From: Felis catus
Lineage: Eukaryota
Assembly: GCF_018350175.1 (NCBI RefSeq)
Contig: NC_058384.1
Coordinates: 68,758,001 to 68,822,000 of the forward strand
Direction: 5' to 3'
DNA length: 64,000 nt
The notes under the pieces were generated by a model, which saw nothing but the letters and a program-made list of their open reading frames with translations, did no database searches and was not told the DNA's origin. This document shows positions 1 to 11,999 of the stretch, one piece after another. Made by a program: the position numbers and the translations under genes. Every line of letters begins with the position of its first letter. The stretch's first letter is position 1.

Positions 1-466
1 ATTTCTTGCTTGCAAGCCCAGCCTACTAGTTAACTCACACAGACTGGCATCAGCTACCTTTTTCCTGGCTCTTCATCCTATATGGCTGGAACGTAGACGG
101 TGGTTCTAAGAAAACAGAAAGGAAAAGGAATCTAAAAGTAATATTCTGGGGGAGACACTGAATTCTGAGAGTTGTCACCTGGTTGGCTGAGTGGATCCAA
201 GAGGTGCCTTAAGCCTTCCTGCAGAATTTCCATCACCTACCCCCTGGCACATCCACAAAATCCATGTAAAAACAAGATGCTTGCTACCCAAATACAGGTT
301 TGAGAAAAGTCTCTTAGTTTTATACGTGCAACAAAGTTGCTTCCCAAGTGCACCCCTGCACAGTTTCTAGCCCTGCTGCTGCTCCATGCGGGTCTCCCCT
401 GCACGCCCTCCTCGTCCCTGCAGAGTCTCAGCCTGAGTGATATATATATATATGCTCCACTCGTAG

Positions 467-2446
467 GAATCGACTTCAAGATCCGCACTGTGGATATAGA
501 GGGGAAGAAGATCAAATTGCAGGTCTGGTGAGTGAACCCCCTGGACCGCTGGCCACAAACCCTCGTTTACCTCCTGTCACCCTTTCCCTTCCATTTGCCT
601 CGTTTCTCTCCCTTTCCCCACAGCTCCTTCCGGTACTTCTCCATTTCCTGTCGCCTTGCTCAGACGTCCTTCCATCCCTCTTCCTGCTCACTCAACTATT
701 TATTTTCAGCTTTCTTGTAACTCCCTTGCCTCTCCTGGCTCCAGAGCATTCTCTGAACTTGACAAATGTCTGCAGGGCTGCCACGTGGAAATGACATTAA
801 AGCAGGTGAGCAGCAAACGGCAGAACTAAGACCTGACTCTGTCTGTGCGCTCCCTGAATTACCTCAAGCCCAGAAAGCCGAAGATAGAGGGCTGGGCTGT
901 CACAGGAAGCCCGGGACTCCGAAGGTGTCTGGTGGCTGGTGGCCTGAGAGAGGTGTGAAGATGCAACAGATAAGAGCAGGTTGTGGTTCAAGTTCTGGCT
1001 CTGCTCTGGAAGGACTTTCGTTAGTGATTTAGCCTCTCCAAATCTGCGTCCCGTTTGTAAGATAAGGACAGCAGAACGTGTCTCACAAGTGTAGGGTGAG
1101 GGTTAGCAGTGCTTGCACAGAGTAACCCTGCAACAAATAAACCCGAGACCTTGTTCCCAGCTGTCTTACCTTCGTTTCCTCCTTTACTGTTTTCTGATTC
1201 TGTTCCTCTCAGCCCCCACTCTGTTGCAGAAGCTAAGTTCTTAGCAGGGGGGATTCTCTCTTCGGAGAGCTGTTCCCTCTGTGCCGCCCCACAAACGTTC
1301 CGCCTCTTCAGGGACACGGCTGGCCAGGAGCGGTTCAAGACGATCACCACCGCCTACTACCGCGGGGCCATGGTACGGGGTGTGGGTCTGGACAAGGGAT
1401 GAGGCGGTAGACTGCAGGGTTCTGAGAACCACGGGCCGCAGGGCCGGGCAGGGACGGTGTCAGGGTTATAGTGTGGGATGTGGAGGGCCCCACCTGGACT
1501 AGTGATTAGATTCGTGGGTAGGACTTGCAGGGTCACTTGGAGGGGCAGGAAGCAGAAACGGGGGAATGTGGACCAAGGCTCCATGGTGGATTCTTGCCAT
1601 CTCCCAGGGCATTATCCTAGTGTATGACATCACAGATGAGAAATCCTTCGAGAACATTCAGAACTGGATGAAAAGCATCAAAGAGGTGAAAACCATCCTG
1701 GAGAGACGGGGGACTGGGTAGAACCTGGAGGGTGAGGGGGCCGTGAAGGTGAGCTGGACCCAACTTTACTCCTCCTGCCCTTTTGCTCCCAGAATGCCTC
1801 TGCAGGGGTGCAGCGTCTGCTGCTGGGGAACAAGTGTGACATGGAGGCCAAGAGGAGAGTGCGGAAGGAGCAGGCCGACCAGGTGAGGCCCGGCTGGGCG
1901 GCCAAGGCGAGTTCGGACTCCAAGGGCCGCCGCCACCTTTATCCACCCGTCTCATCTCTCCACCCCACAGCTGGCTCGGGAGCACGGAATTCGGTTCTTC
2001 GAGACAAGTGCCAAATCCAGCACAAATGTGGATGAGGTGAGACACACCCCACGCCTGCCCCCCACTCCCAGAGACGGCTGTTAGGCCGCCACCGGCCCCT
2101 CCAACCTGCTCTGACTAGTCACTCCTTTCCCCCACAGGCTTTCAGCTCCCTGGCCCGGGACATCTTGCTCAAGTCAGGAGGCCGGAGATCGGTGAGTTGG
2201 TCGTGCTGGACTGAGCACAGCTGCGGGTGTGTGTCGTGTAAGGAGTGAATGCTGAGGAGGGGAGCGGTGCTAACACGGCCCGTGAGGGTGGGGCCCCTTC
2301 AAACAACGTACAATCTCAGACCCCGGCCAGCTGTTCTCACCCTGACCCCAGTGCGCTTCCACCTCTAGGGAAACAGCCACAGGCCCCCCGGCGCGGACCT
2401 GAGAGCTTGTGACAAGAAGAGCAGCAGCAGGTGCTCCCTCGGCTGA
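467..2446 (+). CDS. RAB13: Ras-related protein Rab-13, coding exons 2-8 (exon 1 lies upstream of the window)
   Basis: Exons 467-527, 1312-1372, 1608-1685, 1793-1882, 1971-2036, 2138-2191, 2369-2446(TGA), all GT-AG and in phase. They encode [64 protein letters not shown] (Rab G-boxes, C-terminal CaaX). Confidence 0.97.
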
Positions 2447-2713
2447 GGACCTGGGCCTGGACGCTGGGCCGAGGGCGGGCAGGTGGGGCTCGGGGTAGAG
2501 GTGGGTAGATGGCAGATGGCCGAGCGGGGAGCAAATGCAGAAGAAAAGGAGGAACGTGAGAGGAGAGAAGGTAGAATAGAGAGGCAGGGAGAGGCGAGGA
2601 GGAGAAAGATGGCAGGAAGTCAGAGAAGGTGAGGGGCAGGAAGGGAGGGAGGAGGGAAGCAAGGGCCCCGGGCGCCAGGCCCTCCCTGGACTTGTAAGGC
2701 AGACAGAAGTGTA

Positions 2714-2719
2714 AATAAA
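2714..2719 (+). terminator. RAB13: RAB13 polyadenylation signal AATAAA
   Basis: AATAAA ~270 nt after the stop codon, following a purine-rich 3'UTR. Confidence 0.75.
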
Positions 2720-5029
2720 CAGTTGGCTCGTCGTCCTTACCGGATCAGGTCTTAGGGCCGTGTGAGGGGTGGGCTCGGTAATCCCTCTGAAGCTCTGATC
2801 CTACCACTCTGCGTGGTCTTTCTCAGCATTAAAGGCCACCACCCACACAGAGTCCCCTGGTTTGGGTAACTTTCATCACCAGAACTGCTCTCTGCTCACC
2901 AACCTAATTCCTGCCTCTAAGGTGGCTGGGCTGCCAGAACCTGGCCAGGTTCCTGTGACACCAAGACCTGTGTGCAGCTGTCCCTTTCCTGCGATTTCAT
3001 GGACAAGAGAACAGCAAGGAGGTTCTCTGAACCTGAGGGGCTTGACATCCTTTCCATGATGGAAATTAGAGGGTCCTTATGGGCAGAACCTTGCCTAGTA
3101 TCCAGAAGGGCTCTTTCTTAGGCCTTCCCAGGGGAGAGACAGCCCTGGCCTCAAGGAAATAACAGGACCTTGTATTGTTTATCCCATGATTTCTTTAAGC
3201 GCCTTTGATTCTGCCAGCAGTCCTTTTAGGTGACTAGTAGGTGTTATTTTCCATTTTTATAGAGGAGGAAAATGAGGCACAGAAGAGGCTCATTTACTCC
3301 TAAATCTTTATTGAGCATCTAGTATGTGCCAAGCACAACAGTCAAGATAATGTAACTTTTGGGTGGAACTGTACGTGATGGACAAGCAAATTTTAACACA
3401 TACTGCTCCTAAATACTGCACAACAAAGAGGCCAAACTACTGGCATGCCAAAGAACTACCACCTTGACCCACAGCCCCCTTTTGACCCTTACACCACAGT
3501 ATCGAAACAGCAAACTTCTCTCACAGGACCTTTTAACAGGATTAATGAACATATCAGATTTGGTTTAGGCAAAATACCATTAGGAGTGTAATTCGCAGAT
3601 CTGAAGTTCAAGGCATTTAAGAAATCCCCATGCCTGTGGCGTGGAAGTGGATGGCATGACCCTGGGGACAGCAGCAAGGCTTTCTGTGCTGCTGTTTCTT
3701 GTTGGTAAAACACAACACCAGGAAAGGGCCTGGCCGTGCCGGGAGGAGAACTGTGGTGTGGTCGGATAAATGTGTTAGGTGCCAAGCTTCCATGGGGTGA
3801 AGATCTTACCTGGATCACGTCTGAGCTCTGTAGTCAACGACCCAGCGAGTGTAATTTGCGAGTGTAATTTGCTCAAGGTTATGAGGAAAGACTTACATTT
3901 CGTGAATCCCAGGGAGAACACTGACTAACCTTCACCATACCCCAGAGCAAAGATTTTAAAAGCCAGTTTCAGTGTGGAGGCTTATTGTTGCTTGGTAAAG
4001 CCAGTGGATGGGAGAGCTTTTGACCCTCGCCTGTCCAGAGACATGGTAGGGTTTGATAAGGAGTAACAGCATGCTAGAAGGTTTCAGCCAAGACTTTTCC
4101 TACAGCTAAAAGCCACTGGAAAACACCCACACCTACTTTGGTAGCGCACAACTACTGATCCGCACAAATAGTAACGTAGGGGAACGAGCAAGTAGTCACA
4201 GAAAAGTAAAGCTCAGTCCTCACAGTTTTTTTGTTCAACTCCTGTGCAGTGGGCTTTCCAGTCTGATGGCTCCTGTTCTTGAGCAGCCAGCTTTACTCCC
4301 GATGGGAAGTCAGAATTTAGGGGACATTGCACCCATAAATTTTAATCCTAAAATAAAGTACTGTAGCCCTGGGGTCGCGGGAGTAGCTGTTATATTTAGG
4401 CCAGGAACGCTTCTTGGGAGAGGAGAATGTGGGGTGGCGTTAACAAAAGTCTGGGGACGAGCCCTTTCATCTTGAGAAGTGGGGGACAGATTACTATTAG
4501 TGACCTTCTTTATGTGAATTTAAGTATCTCCTTGAACTCACAGGGTCCAGTTGTCTGGGAGGCTGTAGACCTGTATGTGTGTAAAGCTAGGATGAAAATA
4601 CGGGCAGAGTTAGGTAATAACTAATGCCACACGGTAAAGCAAGAGTGTGGGTCAAGTCTCTGCGTCCTGGATACACACACATCCAGGGTTAACTCCATGG
4701 GGATGGAAAGCAGGGGTGAATCTTTGGCCTTGGAGCTGAACGTCTGGGGCTCACGCCTTAGGTCTCCCACTCACTCGCTGGGTGACCTTGGACAATCCCT
4801 TATACTCTGAGCTTACTCATAAAATGGGACTGATAAGCTACTCTGACTCCTCAGGAATACTGAAAATCAAAACGACCTAAATGTTGGATTCAAAAACTAT
4901 GACAGTAATGTGACGCGATGCAATTAGAGAATAAAGGAAATACTTTACTACACATTTCATTTCATTCGTATCTCGACAAAAAAAAAACCCTAGAAAATGC
5001 ACATTAGCATTTCTGTTCTACAGCGAATG

Positions 5030-6300
5030 CCGAGAGGGTCCTAAAGTCCCGACTCCTCTCTGCGACTTACAATGTCCTCCCCGCACGAATGACGATCCCA
5101 TCAGGCAGCAGCCTGGCGAGCTAGGACCCGAGGAGCTCGTTCAAAGCACCAACGCGGGGCGGGGTTGTTGTAAATTAACACGCGATGGGGCTGTAAACTG
5201 AGGCCGCACGTCGGGCGCAGAGATTATTAAAAACAACTTAAAAAGTAATTAACACGCGCGAAGGCGACATAACTGATCGGTGCACCGTGGGTCTCGGGAG
5301 GAGAAAGTGCAGTGTCGCCTCCCTCCCGGGGCCACCGGAGCAGGACGGGTGTCAAGCGGTAGCTAGATGGTGAATCCCAGGCTTTTCCGAGGCGGCAGAG
5401 TCCTGGGAGGACGACGCGTTGTGCCTCCCGTGGCGCTGCTCCCCAGCCCAGAAGGGGCCACCAGGCGACAGCCCGGGAGCCACGAACCGAGAAGCCAGAC
5501 GAGCCTCGCCAGCAGGACCGTCAAGCCGCGGCGCGCCGAGCTCGACGCTGGAAGCCCGAGTCGCACGGAGCGGAGACTGAGGGCCACCTGCCCAGACGAC
5601 GAGTCCCGGCGGCCACAAGCCGCGCGCCTGCGCCGACCGGAAGAGCCGCTGGAGCCCTCCGCGGTCCCGGCATCCCCCGCGGTCCCGGTATCCTCCGCGG
5701 GGCAAGATGGCCGCGGCAGGGACGGCCCCGGAGGTGACGGGGTGCTAGGCCGTACGTCCCTCGGCCTCTCCCGAGGGCCGAGGGGGTCCGAAGAAGTGAG
5801 CTCACGGCCCAGCCCCGCAAATGCGTGTCGGCTTTTCTTGCCGTGGCCATGGGGACGTCCCAATAAAGCCTTTGCCCTGACAGGCAATTCCAGCACCTCT
5901 CAGCCCTGATCTGGAACCTCCCGAGGGCTGCAGTGTCAGCGCTCCGACGGGGCGCGAGGCCAGTCCCTCCGTCCCCACAGGCGCGACCCCGAGCACCCCA
6001 TGCCTACAGGCGCAGGGAGGCGTAGCCTCCCCCAGGGCAGCCACCTGTGCTGGTTGCTCTGCGCTTTCACCTTGAAGCTCTGGTAAGGAGAGGCTGAGGG
6101 CTGGGAAGTGGAGGGGGCGGGAGGATCGCCTCGTCCACGCCCCTGGGGGGGACGGAGTCCGGGAGCAGGCTCCGCGGAGGTCGGGAGTTCCCCGTTTGCC
6201 GGCTTCTGACTCTTGCCTCCCCACCCCCACCCTTCCTCCCTCCCTGTCGTTGCAGCCAAGCCGAGGCTCCGGTGCGGGCGGAGAAGCTGTCAGGTGGGTG
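5030..6300 (+). promoter_or_regulatory. JTB: CpG-island promoter of JTB with NRF1-like (5624-5633), ETS (5636-5643) and YY1-like (5703-5714) motifs
   Basis: CpG-dense region upstream of and over JTB exons 1-2; contains GCGCCTGCGC, ACCGGAAG and CAAGATGGCCGC. Confidence 0.75.
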
Positions 6301-7731
6301 CTGGTGTGGTAACCCGACACCCCCATAGTTCTGTTTTCTTTTGACGTCCTCCCCTTACCGGGAGCACAGGTGGGAAAGGGTGGCGCCACGCGAAATGAAG
6401 GCTTTTAGCTGTGCTGGGAAGTCGGATGGGCGGAACCTTTGGGGGAAATACCTTCTGGGTCTGGGGCTGGCATTTCTCTCCCTTTTTAGTGAGCACCTCA
6501 AATTTGCCGTGCTGGCTGGTGGAAGAGTTTGTGGTGGCAGAAGAATGTGCTCCGTGCTCTAATTTCCAGGCTGTGAGTATCTGTTGTCCCGTTTTTGTCA
6601 TATCTAGCCCCTCTCGGTTTTACGAAATGTGACTTTGCGTCGTCTTTGTGTTCTTGCAGTTTCAGTGTATGTCCACATTGGAACTCGTTTCCCCCCTTAA
6701 AATGTGCCCTTTCCTTTCTAAGTCAATGGCAACATTCACCTAATAGTCCTATTCATAAAAAAGAAAGAAAGAAAAGAAAAGAAAAAGAAGAAATCTAAAT
6801 GCCCAACTTGGGGCTGGAACTCACAACCCTGAGATCAAGAATCGCAGGGTCCACCCACTGAGCCAGCCGGGTGCCCCAGTCATGATCATTTTTAATCCAG
6901 CAGGCTCTGGAACCTGCCCCTGAGGTGTTCTTTTTAATGCGTTTCTCATGCCTCCGGCACATCCAGCATCCCCATCAGAACCCTTACTGGTTCTCTGTTG
7001 ACCACCAGCTTGGAGCCATACCAGTTGGGCACCTGCCCCTTCTGAGTGACACTCCTCATGCTTTTGCTGCTGCCCTTTCGTGACCTGTTCTTTGGTTCTT
7101 TTCTCCTGACAGAAGACCACTCCTGAGTGTGGTTCCACAGGGTACGTGGAGAAAATCACATGCAGCTCATCCAAGAGAAATGAGTTGAAAAGGCAAGTAC
7201 CGTTTCTCTTCTTGAAACCTAGGTCAGCTCCTTTGTTCCTGTGATTTTAGGTAGTTCACCCAGGTCTTTCTGTCCCTCTGGAGGTAGCCTGGCATATTGG
7301 AAGGGGGGCAAAGTATGTGAACCCAAGTCCCAGTTCTGTTTCTGGATCACTGGTCCTATTGTGCGGGTTAATGCCAGCTCTGTTCATGACCACACCAGAA
7401 AGAAGCCGGATGATATATCTGAGTGGGATTTGTGTGCGGTGAACACGTTAGAAGGCTTCCAGTAGCTTTCTCTTTTCCCGCCAGATGTGTCTTGGTGGGG
7501 CTTCAGTAGAAGGGCGATGAGAGGGAGAGGTTGTCCAGCGTTCCCTGGGAATAACTGTTTCTTCCTGCTCTTAGCTGCCGCTCAGCTCTGATGGAGCAGC
7601 ACTTATTCTGGAAATTTGAAGGGGCTGTCGTGGGTGTGGCCTTGGTCTTCGCTTGCCTTGTCATCGTTCGTCAGCGACAGCTGGACAGAAAAGCTCTGGA
7701 AAAGGTCCGGAAGCAAATCGAGTCCATATAG
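6000..7731 (+). CDS. JTB: Jumping translocation breakpoint protein JTB (146 aa; signal peptide, Cys-rich lumenal domain, TM helix)
   Basis: Exons 6000-6082, 6256-6293, 6490-6572, 7113-7192, 7575-7731(TAG) sum to 441 nt. Protein: MPTGAGRRSLPQGSHLCWLLCAFTLKLCQAEAP..NLPCWLVEEFVVAEEC..KTTPECGSTGYVEKITC..FWKFEGAVVGVALVFACLVIVRQRQLDRKALEKVRKQIESI*. Intron 4 has a GC donor. Confidence 0.96.
6790..6878 (-). mobile_element. Short Can-SINE (tRNA-derived) in JTB intron 3
   Basis: Reverse complement reads GGGCACCCGGCTGGCTCAG..GATCTCAGGGTTGTGAGTTCCAGCCCC, a SINEC head. Confidence 0.8.
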
Positions 7732-8022
7732 TGACCTTCTGCCCTTTGACAGGGGTCTTTAGGGACCCTGCCTCAGACAGAGACTTGTGCCCCTCATTCT
7801 GGGAGACTGGTGGTGGCGCCCCTTTCTGCGTTTCCCGTCTAGATCATTAACCAGCAAAGTAAGTAGAATGGTTCCCTTCCCTACTGTAATTTGGTTTGGG
7901 ACCGGAAGTCATGGCAGCAGGCATGGAAACGGTGGCAACTTTACGCCCCAGGTTACCGACTACCTATCTTCTCCTCCTGCTACTTATTTAAAACTTTCAG
8001 GATACAATTTCAGCAAAAAAGT

Positions 8023-8028
8023 TTTATT
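8023..8028 (-). terminator. CREB3L4: CREB3L4 polyadenylation signal AATAAA (minus strand)
   Basis: TTTATT on +, ~240 nt past the CREB3L4 stop codon. Confidence 0.7.
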
Positions 8029-8075
8029 TCTCAGCCAAAACCTCTGTTTCCCCTCAACCCTAACCCCAAAGAAGA

Positions 8076-8081
8076 AATAAA
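8076..8081 (+). terminator. JTB: JTB polyadenylation signal AATAAA
   Basis: First canonical AATAAA downstream of the JTB stop codon. Confidence 0.7.
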
Positions 8082-8262
8082 GTTGCAGATGTATGAAGTA
8101 TTTGAAATGCCTCATGTAGCCTGTGCCTCAGGGTACAGACATTTAGGATGTCCAGAAATGATTCAGACCCCTGAAGCCAAAGAATTCTGAATGGGAAACC
8201 CAGGGGGAACAAGAGCCACGAGGGATCCTGGATTCCCTCTTGTGGCCGGGAAGCAGGTGGGT

Positions 8263-11200
8263 TCACATCTCTTCTGCGTGCAGCACAGCTCCTGCGTGCC
8301 CATTGGAGCCTGTCTTCCCTCCCATCTTCTCAAGCAGTGTCCTTGTTGAGCCATTTTCACCCTTGGCCTTAAGTGGCCCCCCCGGTCTGGACTCTACTAC
8401 TGTGGTCTCCAAACCTTCTGTCATGTCCTTGTGACTTAGGATATTTCTGGAAACCACTGTGGGTGGAGGAAGAAGGGCAGTAATAGAGTGTTCCCTTCGG
8501 TGGGAGATCCTAGAGGACAGGACTTCCCTCCCCCATCTTGACTGCCCTGAAAAACAGCTCCCCCCTGCCCTTGCCTCACCTCCATGAGGCTGGTAATCCT
8601 CAGGCCCAGCTTCCCGGAGACCCTGAAAGGGGCTGACACTGGGCAGGATGATTAGAGCCAGGGAAAAAAGAAGGATCTGGAGAAAACAAAAGGTCCTTTG
8701 GGCTGTAGGGACTAAAGGCAGGGAGCCAAGGGCAGAATGAATAGAGAGCGGTTGGAGTCATCAGGGATGGGAAGGCGGGTGTGGTCAGGGCTGGGGGTGT
8801 CGGGACGGAGGCAAAATATGGTGGACGTCAGGGGGTCGGGCAGCAGACTGACCACGACACAAGTGCTGGTCTGGGCAGCTTTGTCGGAGGTCCGGGCAGC
8901 CAGCAGCTGCAGCTGACGGAGCTGAGCTACCAGGGAGCTGGGGAGGCAGAGTGGAGGGTCAGGGCTCCGGCACCAGCACCGGAAGTCAGGGCGCAAGAAT
9001 GGTGGCCCTAACGCCAACCCCCTCCTGCCTACCTGCCCCCCCCCTCCCCCTGGGGGGAGCTCCCCCCAACCCCTACCTGGGCCCGCCCTCCCCAGAGGAG
9101 CAGGTTATGTATGCACTTACACGTTGCACCTCTCCAGCTCCTGGACTTTTTTCTGCAGTTCCTGGTTCTGTGCAGAGCAGGCAGCGGCCCTAGGGTGTGT
9201 GGACAGGTGGGACAAAGCTCTGCAATCCTGTGGGCCCTGGCCTGCCTGCCCTGGTAAGGAGGCCCACACAGGGCCCACGGAGAGCTGGACACCGATGTCC
9301 AGACGTACCTGCTCTCTAGCCCATCGATGTACTCTTTCTTCCGCTGCCGACTGTCCTGAGCTGACTGCTTGTTCCGGATCTTCCTCCTGACCTTCTTGAG
9401 GACCCTCTCCTCTGCCTGGGGGCCCGGGGATGTCAGTCCTGGGCCCTTCACCTCCCTCAGCGCCCCACTAGCCTCTGTGGTCCTGGCTCTTCAGAGGCCA
9501 GGATGGGGCTGCTGTGTTGGGATACCCTTTGGGGAAGCAAGTTACCTTGGTGAGGGGCAGGTGTGCGGGCAGGGAAACCCCTTCCTGCCCCAGCAGACGC
9601 TTCTCCTCTTCTGTCAGGAACAAGGTCTGACAGGGCAGCTGGTGGAGAACAGGAGTGGGTGAGCGGACAGTGGGGGAGGGTCCTGTCTTTCCCATCACAC
9701 AAGGCTGCTCCCTGCGTGCCTTCTGGAGAGGAATACGTAACCGTGAAGTGAGGAGGGGCGAAGGGGCCTTAATTCAGACGGGCTGTGTCTGGGGCCTCCT
9801 GGGGCTGAGAAGGGAGAGGAGAGGGGTTGTGCTATGTCCTTTGCCCCCAGGCTTAGGACTTCGGGACTCTGAGCAAGCTAGGGAGGGCCGGTTCTGGTCC
9901 CCAAACCTTCAGGATATCTGAAGAAGGCAGGCAGCAACTCACTAAGGTAAGGTTTGCTTAGAATGGTTCGCTTTTGCCGTTAACTTCCATCTGGCAGAGT
10001 GCGATGTCCAGTCAGGGTCAACGACTGGGAGCTCCCTGGGGCAGTGGCCCATTTTCCCCCAGGGTCTGAGCCCCACTTCCTAGATGGAAGCTCTGTCCCC
10101 TGTCAAAGAACTCCCCAAGGGCCACCAGACTGAACAACTTCTCCTAACACAGTCTGTGGGGAGGTAGGGGGCATCTGGTTAGCCTGAGCCTGCCGACAGA
10201 GTAACCCGCAGTTCTGGTACTCCTTGAAAGATTTATGCTTCACTTTGACTTAAGAGGAATTTGATTTTGCTTTTGACTCCTGATGATCTTTGGCTTTTAG
10301 CCAAACCATTTTTTGTCTTTCTGCCTTTTCCTGATTGTCCCTTCCTGCTCCCCTGAAGCCACAAACTCCCCAGTGTTTTGATGCGAATGCAAGCTTAGAA
10401 GCATCGGACTTCCTAAGGTCCCTCAGCCCGATTCGGAGATGTTTGGTGTGGATTCTGGTGCCAGCTTCGGCCAGGCTTGCAGGGAGGCCAGAACCCTTTG
10501 CCCACGTTTTCCACACAAGCAGCTCTGTCGTCAGACAGTGACTGAGCAAGACCCCTTCCTCGCCCCCCACTGCAGGAACCAGTCTAGCCAGCCTGAGGGA
10601 GGCAGCTGAGTGTTGCCCACTGTGCTGTGGCCCTGGGCTGTGGGTGTGGCCGCATGGCGCTTCCAGTGGGAACAGGTCACTTGCTGCCCCACACCCTGTG
10701 CCAGTCACCAGCTGGGATCCCAGGCAGCCTGCCCCCTCCATGTCCAGACCCAAGGCTGAAACAATGGCCATGCTGAGCGAAGCGCACATAAGTTCTGGCC
10801 TTTCTCCCGGACCCTGTCTCCAGTCTCCCTCACCCCACTTTCTCCTTAACTGAGTCATCGCCACCTTACCCCCAAGGGCTTCTGTCTTCCTTGCCCTTTT
10901 CTGCACTTAGAATCACCCATGCCTCCCTGGTCTTCAGGCCCAATGCCACAAAAACTGGGACAAAGAGATTAGCATCAGTTTCCCCCTCCCGCAGCCTCCT
11001 TCCCCATCTGTGTGGGTGCCTGTCTTTGTATCCAGGAGTACTGGATCTGGCTGGCCAAACTCACCAGGGTCGCAGGAGGCACTGGGTTTACAGTGCCTGC
11101 TCCGGGCAGGGTGTCGTGAGCATCACAGGGCAGCTCGCAGACCACGCAGGCATCAGGCACCGTCAGTTGTGGGCTCCGCTGACCTGAGGGAGACACAGGT

Positions 11201-11993
11201 GGCTAGGAGTAAAGGAGACGAAGGGCACACCCCCATGGCAGCAGGGCCTGGCTGGAGGCACAGGCTGGGAAAACCCCTCGCCCCAGGACTAGGGCTGGGC
11301 CTGAAAGGCCACTGTCCCCTTTCCACCAGGAACACTGACCTGGCTGGAGAGAGATGAACCCTACAGCTGGCCCAGCTTCCCCCTGCGTCCTCTCCAGGGC
11401 CCCTGCCTCATAGACCACCTCATAGAGAGCAGGGGGACTGGGTGCTTGAGGGGCGGGAGGCCTGTCTGGACGGCCAGGGTCCGCAGATGGATGGCCACTG
11501 TCGCTGCTAGCAGAGGCTCCTGAGCAGTACACTTCGTTGGGGTCAATGAAAAGTTTCAGGAAGTCTTCAGGCTCACTGTCTCGAAGGCCCTGCAGTACCA
11601 GAGGGAGTCTATGTATACAGAGAATTCCAGAGTGCTATGGGACGTCAAACCTGCATCTGGCCTCTTCAGTCCCTTGTGTCCTTGGACATGGGGATGGTTA
11701 CAGATCACATGTCCTTTAGGGGCTTGGCCTTCAGACGTCTCCAAGTGGAGGCTGAAGCCTGATGGGCCCCTCATCACAGCTGCGCCTCCGCCCACCCCAC
11801 CGGCGTCTCTCCCACTCACACAGCCACGGCCCCCACTGGGCTCCCAGCCTCGCAGCCCCTGTTCTTGGAGCTTCGTCCCCGGGGCCTCCGGAGGTGGGCC
11901 GTGCAGTCCCGGCTCCGGGAAGGTCCCTGTTGAGAAAACATCTTCTGGGGACTCCAGCCACGCATCCAGCAGGTCGGGGGTTCGGAAATCCAT
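8263..11993 (-). CDS. CREB3L4: cAMP-responsive element-binding protein 3-like 4 (ER-anchored bZIP, 395 aa)
   Basis: Minus-strand exons 11993-11820, 11589-11340, 11183-11065, 9638-9546, 9415-9309, 9189-9121, 8937-8853, 8676-8580, 8456-8263 sum to 1188 nt. Landmarks: [14 protein letters not shown] start; ATB region [15 protein letters not shown]; basic region [28 protein letters not shown]; [15 protein letters not shown]; S1P site RNIL; ends LHAEEM*. Confidence 0.96.
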
Positions 11994-11999
11994 TCTGCA

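Noticed and set aside
3845-3870. Short tandem duplications (13 bp here; 11 bp at 13203-13224; 15 bp at 60101-60130)
   Set aside because: Ordinary slippage events in non-coding DNA with no evident function.
5352-5705. Minus-strand ORF with RGG-like start (PRGGYRDRGGCRDRGG)
   Set aside because: Translation of the 18-bp minisatellite from a TTG start; no other RNA-binding-protein features.
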